Assembly: GCA_031409275.1 (NCBI GenBank)
Contig: JANNXA010000051.1
Location: 320,001-384,000 of the forward strand
Origin: Planctomycetota bacterium
GTDB lineage: Bacteria > Planctomycetota > B15-G4 > SIAN01
Reading direction: 5' to 3'
Length of the DNA: 64,000 nucleotides
How positions within the stretch are numbered: position 1 is the first letter of the stretch; each line of letters opens with the position of its first letter. Made by a program: the position numbers and the translations under genes. The notes beneath the pieces are model-generated. The model saw only the letters and a program-made list of their open reading frames with translations, made no database searches and was not told the DNA's origin. Below are positions 18,819 to 27,082 of this stretch, piece by piece.

Positions 18819-19072
18819 CGCTCGCCTCCACGCTTCGCGGCGTCGATCAGGAGTTCCTTGATCTCGAGCAGCGTCTTCGAATCGCGCAGCGACTTGATGC
18901 GATCGAGGCGCTCGAAGGTCGCCTCGTCGTAGAGGCGGTGACCGGTCGGCGTCCGGCGGGCCGGCTCGATCAATCCGAGCATCGTGTAGTTGTGCAGCGT
19001 CTGGCGCGACAGCCCGCTGCGCTCGATGAGCTCGCCGATCTTGTAGAGCTTGCGGCGCTCGGATTCGGCCAT
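18815..19072 (-). CDS. Small HTH-only MerR-family DNA-binding protein (85 aa)
   Basis: YKIGELIERSGLSRQTLHNYTMLGLIEPARRTPTGHRLY; ATG at 19072; GTGA overlap with the sigma gene. Confidence 0.88.
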   Translation of the reverse strand: MAESERRKLYKIGELIERSGLSRQTLHNYTMLGLIEPARRTPTGHRLYDEATFERLDRIKSLRDSKTLLEIKELLIDAAKRGGER

Positions 19073-19142
19073 CACGCGAGATCCACGGTCACCGTCTGGC
19101 TTCGGCAAGGCACACGCCCACCATCCATGGGGTCGGCGCAAG

Positions 19143-19200
19143 ACTGTAGCGCCACCGGCTGCGTAAGTTGCACTTTGTACTTTGCATTTTATGAATCGTT
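19143..19200 (-). promoter_or_regulatory. Putative promoter/operator region of the merR-sigma-lysA operon
   Basis: TACAGT -10-like hexamer (19143-19148) and AT-rich tract with 7-bp periodic repeats (19167-19187). Confidence 0.45.
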
Positions 19201-19242
19201 CGAGTTCAGAACTGTGCCGCCAACCTCTCGATGCGCCGCCGA

Positions 19243-21048
19243 TCACTGACCGGCAGGCGCGGCGACGTACCCCTCGACGCGACGATCGGCGACGGCATGC
19301 ACGCGCCCGGTCGCGCCATCGCGCTCGATCGAGTGGGCGTCGCCCTGCCACGATTGCTTGGGCACCTCCACCACGTGGCCGAGCGCCGCCAGCGCTGCGG
19401 CGACCTCCGCATCGAGCGCCGCCTCGTGACGCAACGCGTCGGGGAACCAAGCGTGATGCTGGCGCGGCCGCGCGACCGCAACCGCGAGCGGTGTCCCGAG
19501 TTCGAGCACATCGAAGACGATCTGCGTCACGGTGCTGATGATCGTCCGCCCGCCGGGACTGCCGGTGACGAGGATCACCTGTCCGTCGCGGCGCACGATG
19601 CATGGCGTCATCGACGACAGCGGCCGACGTCCGCCGCGCACCAGGTTCGGCTCGGTGCCGATCTGCCCTTCGCGCGTCGTGCGACCTCGCAGCGGATTGA
19701 AATCCTGCAGCTCGTTGTTGAGCAGGAATCCGGTCCCGGGGGCGATCAGCTTGCTGCCGAAGCGCTCCTCGAGCGTGTAGGTGTTGGCCACCGCATTGCC
19801 GGCCGCATCGACGATGCTGAAGTGGGTCGTCGACGAGCCGCCCGCCGGCGGCGGGTTCGCTTCCGTGAGCGGCGGCCCGAAGTTGCTGCTGTGACTCGCC
19901 TGCTTCGGATCGATGGACGCGCGCAGAGGGGCGAGGTGCGCCTCGTCGAGGAGCATGGCCACCGGGATGGGCGTGGCTTCCGGATCGCCGAGGAAACGGG
20001 CGCGATCGGCGAACGCGCGGCGCGACGCCTCGGCGAAGAGATGGCGCGCGCGTGGCGTGAAGTCGCCTTCGCTGCGCAATTCGAACGGCTCGAGGAGGTG
20101 GAGGATCTGCGTCAGCGCGATGCCGCCCGAAGAGGGCGGCGGCATCAGCAACAGCTCGCAGCCGCGGTAGCGGGTGACGAGCGCCTCGCGAACGATCGGG
20201 CGGTACGCCGCCAGATCACGCGCGTCGAGCAGCGCACCGGCCCGTTCCATCTCGGCGGCGATCAAGGCCGCGATCGGGCCCTCGTAGAACGCGGTCGCGC
20301 CGCCCTGCGCGATCCAGCGCAGCGAGTTCGCAAGGTCGGCCTGCACGAGCGTTTCGCCCGCCTCGTACGGCGTCCCATCGGCGTGGAGGAATTGCGCTGC
20401 GCTCGCGGGGAAGGCGGCGAGGTCATGCGCGTACTCGGCGAGGCCGGCCGCCAGCGCCGGTTGCACCGCGATTCCATCGGCAGCGAGCCGAAGCGCCGGT
20501 TCGACCAGTTCCGCGAAGGGCAGCGTTCCGAAGCGGCGATGCGCCTCGGCGAGCCCGGCGACGGTCCCCGGCACCCCCACCGCCGAGTGGCCGAATTCGC
20601 GACGCGCGGCGTCGACGACTCCATCCGCGTCGAGGAACAGACGCTCGTCCGCGCGACGCGGCGCCACCTCGCGGTAGTCGATCGCCGCGCTGCGGCCATC
20701 CGCCAGGGCGACCATCATGAAGCCGCCACCTCCGAGATTGCCCGCCTCGGGGTAGGTGACGGCCAGCGCAAAGGCGACCGCAACGGCGGCGTCGATCGCG
20801 TTGCCACCGCGCGCGAGGACCGATGCCCCCACCTCGGCCGCGCGCCGCTCGACGCAGGCGACGGCACCTCGATCCGAAGTCAGCTCGGTGCCACCGACCA
20901 GTCGATCGGATGCGCGCGCAGCGGCGACCGCTGGCGCTTCCTGGGCCGGAAGCGTCGACGTTGCAGCGAGGAGAGCTGCGAGCCGCAACGCGCTCGAACG
21001 GACGAATGGCGTCCGCAGCGGTCGTCGCACCAGGGAGGTCGCCCACAT
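19243..21048 (-). CDS. ggt: Gamma-glutamyltransferase
   Basis: GGNAIDAAVA, GNLGGGGF, IDYRE, VGVPG, PPSSGG, nucleophile TTHFS, PLSSMTP and GSPGG. Confidence 0.96.
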   Translation of the reverse strand: MWATSLVRRPLRTPFVRSSALRLAALLAATSTLPAQEAPAVAAARASDRLVGGTELTSDRGAVACVERRAAEVGASVLARGGNAIDAAVAVAFALAVTYPEAGNLGGGGFMMVALADGRSAAIDYREVAPRRADERLFLDADGVVDAARREFGHSAVGVPGTVAGLAEAHRRFGTLPFAELVEPALRLAADGIAVQPALAAGLAEYAHDLAAFPASAAQFLHADGTPYEAGETLVQADLANSLRWIAQGGATAFYEGPIAALIAAEMERAGALLDARDLAAYRPIVREALVTRYRGCELLLMPPPSSGGIALTQILHLLEPFELRSEGDFTPRARHLFAEASRRAFADRARFLGDPEATPIPVAMLLDEAHLAPLRASIDPKQASHSSNFGPPLTEANPPPAGGSSTTHFSIVDAAGNAVANTYTLEERFGSKLIAPGTGFLLNNELQDFNPLRGRTTREGQIGTEPNLVRGGRRPLSSMTPCIVRRDGQVILVTGSPGGRTIISTVTQIVFDVLELGTPLAVAVARPRQHHAWFPDALRHEAALDAEVAAALAALGHVVEVPKQSWQGDAHSIERDGATGRVHAVADRRVEGYVAAPAGQ

Positions 21049-21094
21049 GATGCGCGGCGATGGTAGCGCTGCGCGTCAAAACGACGAATCGGCT

Positions 21095-22954
21095 TCAGCG
21101 ACCGCGCATCGCTCGCAGTCGCGCCGCCGCGGCGAGCAGCGGGTTGTCGGGTGGCGCCGCGGCGGAGGCGGTCACCAAGGCGGGCTCCTCTGCCGGACGC
21201 GGCGCGCTCTCGATCGCGACCTTCGGCATGGGTGGCAACGCTTCACCGCGCTGCATCGCTCGCAGCCGCGCCGCCGCCGCGAGCAGCGGTGACACGGGCG
21301 GTGCCGCTTCGACCGCGGGCGCGCTTTCGGCGGCAGTCGATGAGGGAGAGGTGGTGGCCGTCGTCGGAGCCAGCGGCTCCGACGCTGGCGCGAATTGCAC
21401 CTCAGGCTCGCGCGCGGGCTCGTCCACCAACTCCGCGGCCGGCTCGGAGGAGCCTTCTTGCGCCGCGGCTTCGGGAGCGGCCGCTTCCGCCTCGAAACCG
21501 AGGTGCTCCGTCATCACGGTCGCGAATGCGTTGGAGACGAGCGTGAAGTCGGCGCTGTCGTCGACCTCGTCGATCAGCCGCTTCTTCGGCGCGGTCGGTT
21601 CGACCGTACCTGGCTCCGACGCCTCGACCGGGTCGGACGAGTTCGCGGTCGGCGCCACGGCATGGTCGGCGACCGGCCCGGCGTCCGCGACGAAGGTCAG
21701 CGGATAGGGCACGCGGTTCACCCAGGAGGTGACCTTCGGATCGAGCATCGACAGCTGCGCTTCGCACAGGACGCGCACTTCGGTCAGGCTCGGCGCACGG
21801 AACAGTCGCTTGCCGGAGCGCATCATCGGCACGAGGAGCGGCGCCGAACCGGACGGCGGGGCCTGCGTGTCGGGCTGGATCGTGTCGCCTTTGAACTGGC
21901 CCGATTCGCGGCGGCGCCAGACGGCTCGCATGCCCGCGCCCCCATCCCGGCGACCGACCGCGCGCAGCCCGTTGCGGGAGGTGCGCTCGACCAGTTCGAC
22001 CAGGAGATCCTCGTGGAAGAGATGGCGCCCCGCGAGCAGCGCGGTGCCCGCGACGAAACCGTCGATCGGTGCGCCTCCGTTGGCGAGCGCGCCGACGCGC
22101 AGTTCGTCGCACACGCCTCCCGCCAGCAACCGCGTGGCGGCGAAGCCCATCTCATCGAGGCGCGCGCGCAGCGAGCGCAACTCGTCATCGAGCAGTCCCG
22201 ACTTCCCGGCATCGACCACCAGCGCGCGGGGCGCTTCCGCCAAGGCCGCGAGCGCGGCGCCTGGATTGCGGCGCGCCTTTCCATCGATGATCACGCCGCA
22301 ATGCGCGATCCCTCGCAACGCGCCGCTCATCTCGACGAGCGCAGTGAACGGGATCAACGGCAGCGCCGGCAGCGCGTAGGCCGCGGCCGCGAACGGATGC
22401 GTCGTGCCGATGGCGCCGCCCACCTGCGCGGCCCGCGCGATCAACAGCGCTTCATCGCGCGTGACCTGTTCGCCGGCCGCTTCGTAGATCGGCTTGCCTT
22501 TCGCCGCGAGGCGCAACCGCGCCACCTGCGTCGCGATCGCGGTCTGGGTACGCACGATTCCGGCCAACGCCCCGACGACGGCCGCCATCTCGGCGGCGGG
22601 AGCGCGCACGCGCAACAGCGGCTCGCCGGCGAAGACGACCGTCCCTTCCGGTACGGCCTCGACGTCGCCGTGGAAGCGCATGGCGCCGACGCGAGCCAGC
22701 GCGTCCGCATCGAGGCTCGGATCGATCCGTTGCGGCCCCGGCTCGGCATGCAGCAGCGCGAGGTCCGTGGCGGCCTGCGCAAGATCTTCGAGCAGCGACA
22801 ATGCCTGCTCGAGTCCCGCGGCGATCAGGAACGGCTGGCGCGCACCTTCGGCCGTCAGCGCGATCTCGTAGGTCCAGGTCTCGGCGTCCGCCTTCTCGGC
22901 GAGGCGGCTCGAGAGGAGGAGTTCCGGGAAGCCGAAGGAGTACGACGACGACAA
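21095..22954 (-). CDS. Nicotinate phosphoribosyltransferase-like protein, catalytically degenerate, with long acidic/Pro-Ala tail
   Basis: AAGLEQAL, AVPEGTVVFAGEPLLRVRAP, QTAIATQVAR, IDGFVAGT and PLLVPMMRSG track the PncB scaffold, while active-site motifs are altered. Confidence 0.75.
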   Translation of the reverse strand: MSSSYSFGFPELLLSSRLAEKADAETWTYEIALTAEGARQPFLIAAGLEQALSLLEDLAQAATDLALLHAEPGPQRIDPSLDADALARVGAMRFHGDVEAVPEGTVVFAGEPLLRVRAPAAEMAAVVGALAGIVRTQTAIATQVARLRLAAKGKPIYEAAGEQVTRDEALLIARAAQVGGAIGTTHPFAAAAYALPALPLIPFTALVEMSGALRGIAHCGVIIDGKARRNPGAALAALAEAPRALVVDAGKSGLLDDELRSLRARLDEMGFAATRLLAGGVCDELRVGALANGGAPIDGFVAGTALLAGRHLFHEDLLVELVERTSRNGLRAVGRRDGGAGMRAVWRRRESGQFKGDTIQPDTQAPPSGSAPLLVPMMRSGKRLFRAPSLTEVRVLCEAQLSMLDPKVTSWVNRVPYPLTFVADAGPVADHAVAPTANSSDPVEASEPGTVEPTAPKKRLIDEVDDSADFTLVSNAFATVMTEHLGFEAEAAAPEAAAQEGSSEPAAELVDEPAREPEVQFAPASEPLAPTTATTSPSSTAAESAPAVEAAPPVSPLLAAAARLRAMQRGEALPPMPKVAIESAPRPAEEPALVTASAAAPPDNPLLAAAARLRAMRGR

Positions 22955-23023
22955 GGCGACGCTCCGCGCGACGCCGGCGAAACCCGTTGGCCCCGCCGCA
23001 CGCCAGCGCTGGTCATCGACCAG

Positions 23024-23581
23024 TCATGCGTCGCGACCGCGGTGCGAGCGCGGCGATCGGAAGAGATCTCGCGTGATTCCGGCCGCGCGCAGCGACTTGC
23101 GTTCGGCGGCACGCATCTTCTTCTGATCGGCGGGCGCGTGGTCGTCGAAGCCGAGCAGGTGCAGCACCCCGTGAACCACGTAGAGCAGCAGCTCGTCCTG
23201 CGGTCGCACCCCCCGCTCCTTCGCCTCGCGCGCGGCGGTGTCCGCCGACGCGACCACCTCGCCCAGCAGCCCGCCGGCCGCACCGTGCAGCGGGAACGAG
23301 AGCACGTCGGTCGCCGAATCGAGTCCCATGTGGTCGAGATGGAGCCGGCGAATCGCGCGATCGCCGACCAGCGCGATCGAGAGCGCTCCGGCGCGCCGCG
23401 GTTTGAGCGCCAGCGCGGCCGCGACCGCGCGCTCGATCGCGCGCGGCGGCAGGCGAACGCGGCGCTGCCGATCGTTGACCTCCAGCGGCGGTGCGGCGGC
23501 GGGTTCCCGCGCAGGATCAGAACGGCGAACGCGGCGGGCGACCATTCGCTTCATCGATCGCCGCTCAGGCGCCGCCGCCAT
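23024..23581 (-). CDS. ybeY: rRNA maturation endoribonuclease YbeY
   Basis: ATDVLSF and HGVLHLLGFDDH (HxxxHxxGxD-H); start uncertain. Confidence 0.93.
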   Translation of the reverse strand: MAAAPERRSMKRMVARRVRRSDPAREPAAAPPLEVNDRQRRVRLPPRAIERAVAAALALKPRRAGALSIALVGDRAIRRLHLDHMGLDSATDVLSFPLHGAAGGLLGEVVASADTAAREAKERGVRPQDELLLYVVHGVLHLLGFDDHAPADQKKMRAAERKSLRAAGITRDLFRSPRSHRGRDA

Positions 23582-25133
23582 GCGTCCGCGGCGGTGCGCT
23601 CACCGCGTCCGGAGCGCGGCCCGACTCGATCTCGGGCACCAGTTCGACTTCGGCGAGCGGTACCGCGAGGCGGCCGGTCGGATCGCGCGGATAGGCCGGA
23701 CGCCGATGGTGGATGCCGCCCAGCACCAGCACGAACGCCTCCTTGATGCGCGTCAGCTCGCGCATGGTGAGCATGCACTCGTCGAGCTGGTGGTCGTCCA
23801 TCTTCATGCGCGTGATGTCATCGACGAGCTGCTCGAGACGCGCCGCGGTGACGTCCTGGAGCGTTCGCGACGCCGCTTCGACCGAATCGGCGACCATGAC
23901 GATCGCCGTCTCCTTCGTCTGCGGTCGCGGCCCTGCGTAGCGATAGCTGTCCTTCGGCACCTCCTCCTCGGAGCGCTGCTTGACCGCCATTCGCCAGAAG
24001 TACTCGACGGCGGTGGTGCCGTGGTGCTCCTCGATGAAGGACTGGATCGGGCGCGGGATGCCGTGCAGCTGCGCGAGCTCGATCCCGTCCTTCGGATGCG
24101 CGGTGATGATCAGCTTGCTCATGTCGGGGCTGAGCCGACCGTGCAGCGAACGCGCATCGGTCGAGTTCTCGGAGAAGTACTCCGACTTGTTCATCTTGCC
24201 GATGTCGTGGAAGTAGGCGCCGACGCGGCACAGGAGCCCGTTGGCGCCGATTGCCTCGGCCGCCGCTTCGGCGAGCGTGCCGACCAGGAACGAGTGGTGG
24301 TGCGTGCCGGGCGCCTCGACCTGCAGTCGACGCAGCACCGGCTGCTCGTTCTGGTTGCTGTACTCGAGCAGGGTCAGGTCGGAGAGGCGATCGAGCAGCT
24401 TCTCGAACAGCGGCATCAGGCCCAGCACCAGGAAGCCGCTGGCCAATCCGTGCGCCAACGCCAGCAGCAATCGACGCAACAGCAGCGCGTCCGCCGGCTG
24501 CTCGTCGCGCACAAGCGCGGCGGCGGCCAACACGAGGAGCTGCGTCACGCCGACGATCGCCCCGATGCCGATCAGGCGCGAGGGACGCCGGACGCGGAAC
24601 GAATAGAGCGCCCCCGACAGCGAGCCGGCCGACAGCATCAGCAGTGCCGGCAGGAGTTCGTGCGCGCCCCAAGCGACCAGCGTCACCAGGCCGAGCGCCA
24701 GCGCCGCGAAGGCGACCGCAAAACGCGGGGTGAGCAGCAACGCCAGGATCACGGTGATGGTCGGCAGCGGCAGCCACAGCAGCGAGGGCTGTCCGGTGGC
24801 GCGATGCGTGCGAGCCATCAACAGCAGCAGCAGGAGCAACGCCGAAAGGGCGACGACCCGCCGCAGGCTGCTGACCGCCTCCGCCTCGAACTTGAGGAAG
24901 TAGCGGCAGGCGAGGAAGACGACGCCGCCGAGCACGACCGCGAGGCCGGCCAAACGCGCGATGTCGGCGCCCGGGTCGAGGGTCGTCGCCATCGCGCACA
25001 GCGTGAAGAGCGCCATCGTCAGCGCGCGTTCCGCCGGACGATGGGCGAAGTTCGGCTCCTTCCCGGCGCGCGGCAGCGGACGCACGAGCTCGGGCGCGAC
25101 TCGGCGCGGCTGGCGTCGGAAGATCCCGCTCAT
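23565..25133 (-). CDS. 7TM-HD phosphohydrolase (PgpH-like, putative c-di-AMP phosphodiesterase)
   Basis: TM bundle followed by APGTHHHS, YFHDIGK, HPKDG, EHHGT and ADSVEAASR; located between phoH and ybeY. Confidence 0.87.
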   Translation of the reverse strand: MSGIFRRQPRRVAPELVRPLPRAGKEPNFAHRPAERALTMALFTLCAMATTLDPGADIARLAGLAVVLGGVVFLACRYFLKFEAEAVSSLRRVVALSALLLLLLLMARTHRATGQPSLLWLPLPTITVILALLLTPRFAVAFAALALGLVTLVAWGAHELLPALLMLSAGSLSGALYSFRVRRPSRLIGIGAIVGVTQLLVLAAAALVRDEQPADALLLRRLLLALAHGLASGFLVLGLMPLFEKLLDRLSDLTLLEYSNQNEQPVLRRLQVEAPGTHHHSFLVGTLAEAAAEAIGANGLLCRVGAYFHDIGKMNKSEYFSENSTDARSLHGRLSPDMSKLIITAHPKDGIELAQLHGIPRPIQSFIEEHHGTTAVEYFWRMAVKQRSEEEVPKDSYRYAGPRPQTKETAIVMVADSVEAASRTLQDVTAARLEQLVDDITRMKMDDHQLDECMLTMRELTRIKEAFVLVLGGIHHRRPAYPRDPTGRLAVPLAEVELVPEIESGRAPDAVSAPPRTHGGGA

Positions 25134-26131
25134 CCCGTGGAGCCATCCCGCCGCGGAGCACCCGGGCCAGCGCGCTCGTAGGCGTCGACGATGCGCTGCA
25201 CGACCGGATGGCGGACGATGTCGCCGCGCGCCATGCGGACGATGCCGATCCCGTCGACGCCTTCGAGGATGCGCGTCGCCTCGATCAGCCCGCTCTGGTG
25301 GCCCGGCGGGAGATCGATCTGCGTCACGTCGCCGGTCACCACGATCCGGGAGTGGAGCCCCATGCGAGTGAGGAACATCTGCATCTGCTTGGGAGTCGTG
25401 TTCTGCGCCTCATCGAGGATGACGAAGGCGCTCTCGAGCGTGCGGCCGCGCATGTAGGCGAGCGGCGCGATCTCGATCACGTCGTGGTCGATGTAGCGGC
25501 GCACCTGCGGCGCGTCGAGCAGCGCGAAGAGCGCGTCGTAGAGCGGACGCAGGTAGGGATTGACCTTCGCTTCGATGTCCCCCGGCAGGAAGCCGAGCCG
25601 CTCGCCCGCCTCGACGGCGGGACGACACAACACGAGCTTGCGGAAGTTGCCGCGCTTCAGCTCGGCGACGGCGTGCGCGGCGGCGAGGAAGGTCTTGCCG
25701 GTGCCGGCCGGGCCGATGGCGAAGGTGATCGCGTTCTGCTGCATCGCCGCGATGTAGACGTCCTGGCCCTTGGTGCGCCCGTGGACGCCGCTCGGCAGCG
25801 GCCCGCCCCCGCCGCCGCCAACGCCTTGCATCCCGCCGTCACCATTGCGCTCGGGTGCAGCCTCGCGTTCGGTCACGGCGCCCGCTTCGTCGAGGACGCG
25901 GCGCATCCCCTCCTCGGTCAGCTGACCGTCGCGGCGCCAGATGCCAATGGCGCGCTTGATCGCGTGCGTCGCATCCTCGACCGCGCCCGCATCACCGACG
26001 AGCTTCAGCCCCTCGCTGCGCACGACGAGGTCGATGCCGAAACGTTGTCGCAGCCGCCGCAGGTGACGATCGCTGGGACCGAACAGGGCGCGAAGCAGAG
26101 CCTCGTCGCCGATCGGGATCACCTGCTCCAT
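25130..26131 (-). CDS. phoH: PhoH-family ATPase (YbeZ-like)
   Basis: GPAGTGKT, EAGERLGFLPG, YMRGRT, DEAQN, GDVTQIDLP; GAGGAGG SD. Confidence 0.94.
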   Translation of the reverse strand: MEQVIPIGDEALLRALFGPSDRHLRRLRQRFGIDLVVRSEGLKLVGDAGAVEDATHAIKRAIGIWRRDGQLTEEGMRRVLDEAGAVTEREAAPERNGDGGMQGVGGGGGGPLPSGVHGRTKGQDVYIAAMQQNAITFAIGPAGTGKTFLAAAHAVAELKRGNFRKLVLCRPAVEAGERLGFLPGDIEAKVNPYLRPLYDALFALLDAPQVRRYIDHDVIEIAPLAYMRGRTLESAFVILDEAQNTTPKQMQMFLTRMGLHSRIVVTGDVTQIDLPPGHQSGLIEATRILEGVDGIGIVRMARGDIVRHPVVQRIVDAYERAGPGAPRRDGSTG

Positions 26132-26233
26132 GCGGCGCTGACCACCTCCTCGCCGCGAAAAGGCGGCAAGGGAATGGTAGCACGCGCGGAACGCGCCGCC
26201 GGTCGCGCGACCACTTCGGCAGCCTCAGCCGGG

Positions 26234-27082
26234 CTAGCCGTCCAGCAATCGCAGGAGCGCGTAGCCCGCCGGGACCGACAGGAACAGCGAATCGACGAGG
26301 TCGAGCGCCCCGCCGAACTCCGGCAGCAGTCGCCCCGAATCCTTCACCCCGGCCGCGCGCTTCCACATCGACTCGAACAGATCACCGACGTGGCCGGCGA
26401 CGAAGAGGACCAGACCGACCGCAAGCCGCTCCCCAAGCGAGAAGCGTCCCGGCGCGAACTGCCCGAGCAGCCAGACGGTGACCAGCAGCGAAGCGACGAT
26501 CCCGCCAAGCGCCCCTTCGATCGTCTTGCCGGGGGAGATGTGAGGGATCAGCTTGTGACGGCCGAGCGACTTCCCGACCAGGTAGGCCCCCATGTCCCCC
26601 GCTTTCGCACCGAGGACGAGAGCGAAGAGCGGGCCGCTGCCAAGTTCGTAGACGACATCGATCATCGTCGCCGACAGCTGCGTGAACAGCAGCACGAGAG
26701 CGACCCCGCCCGCGCGGCGAGCACCGCTCGCCACGTCGCGGTCGCGCAGAAGCACGATCGCGAGCGCGATGACGACGCCGACGAACAGCGCCGCGTTCCA
26801 CGCCTCGGCGCGCGCGAGCTGATGGAAGGCGATGTGGACTCGCCCGAGCAGCAGCAACGCCGCGCCGCCGATCAACGGAGCGCGCGGCAGCGGACAGCCG
26901 GCGCCGGTCAGCATCGTGACGAGCTCGCGCACCGACACCAGCGCGAAGAGGGTCGCCAGCAGCGGAGCCCACAGCGGCCGCGAGCCTGCCGCGACGCGGG
27001 AAGCGTCGAGCCACAGCCCGCCGCCGATCAAAGCGATCAGCAGCGCGCCGAACCCGAGTCGCTTCGCGAGGCGAGCGCTCAA
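26234..27082 (-). CDS. cdsA: Phosphatidate cytidylyltransferase
   Basis: ISPGKTIEG, GDLFESMWKR, KDSG...LDLVDS; TTG start overlapping the purA stop (TTGA). Confidence 0.92.
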   Translation of the reverse strand: MSARLAKRLGFGALLIALIGGGLWLDASRVAAGSRPLWAPLLATLFALVSVRELVTMLTGAGCPLPRAPLIGGAALLLLGRVHIAFHQLARAEAWNAALFVGVVIALAIVLLRDRDVASGARRAGGVALVLLFTQLSATMIDVVYELGSGPLFALVLGAKAGDMGAYLVGKSLGRHKLIPHISPGKTIEGALGGIVASLLVTVWLLGQFAPGRFSLGERLAVGLVLFVAGHVGDLFESMWKRAAGVKDSGRLLPEFGGALDLVDSLFLSVPAGYALLRLLDG

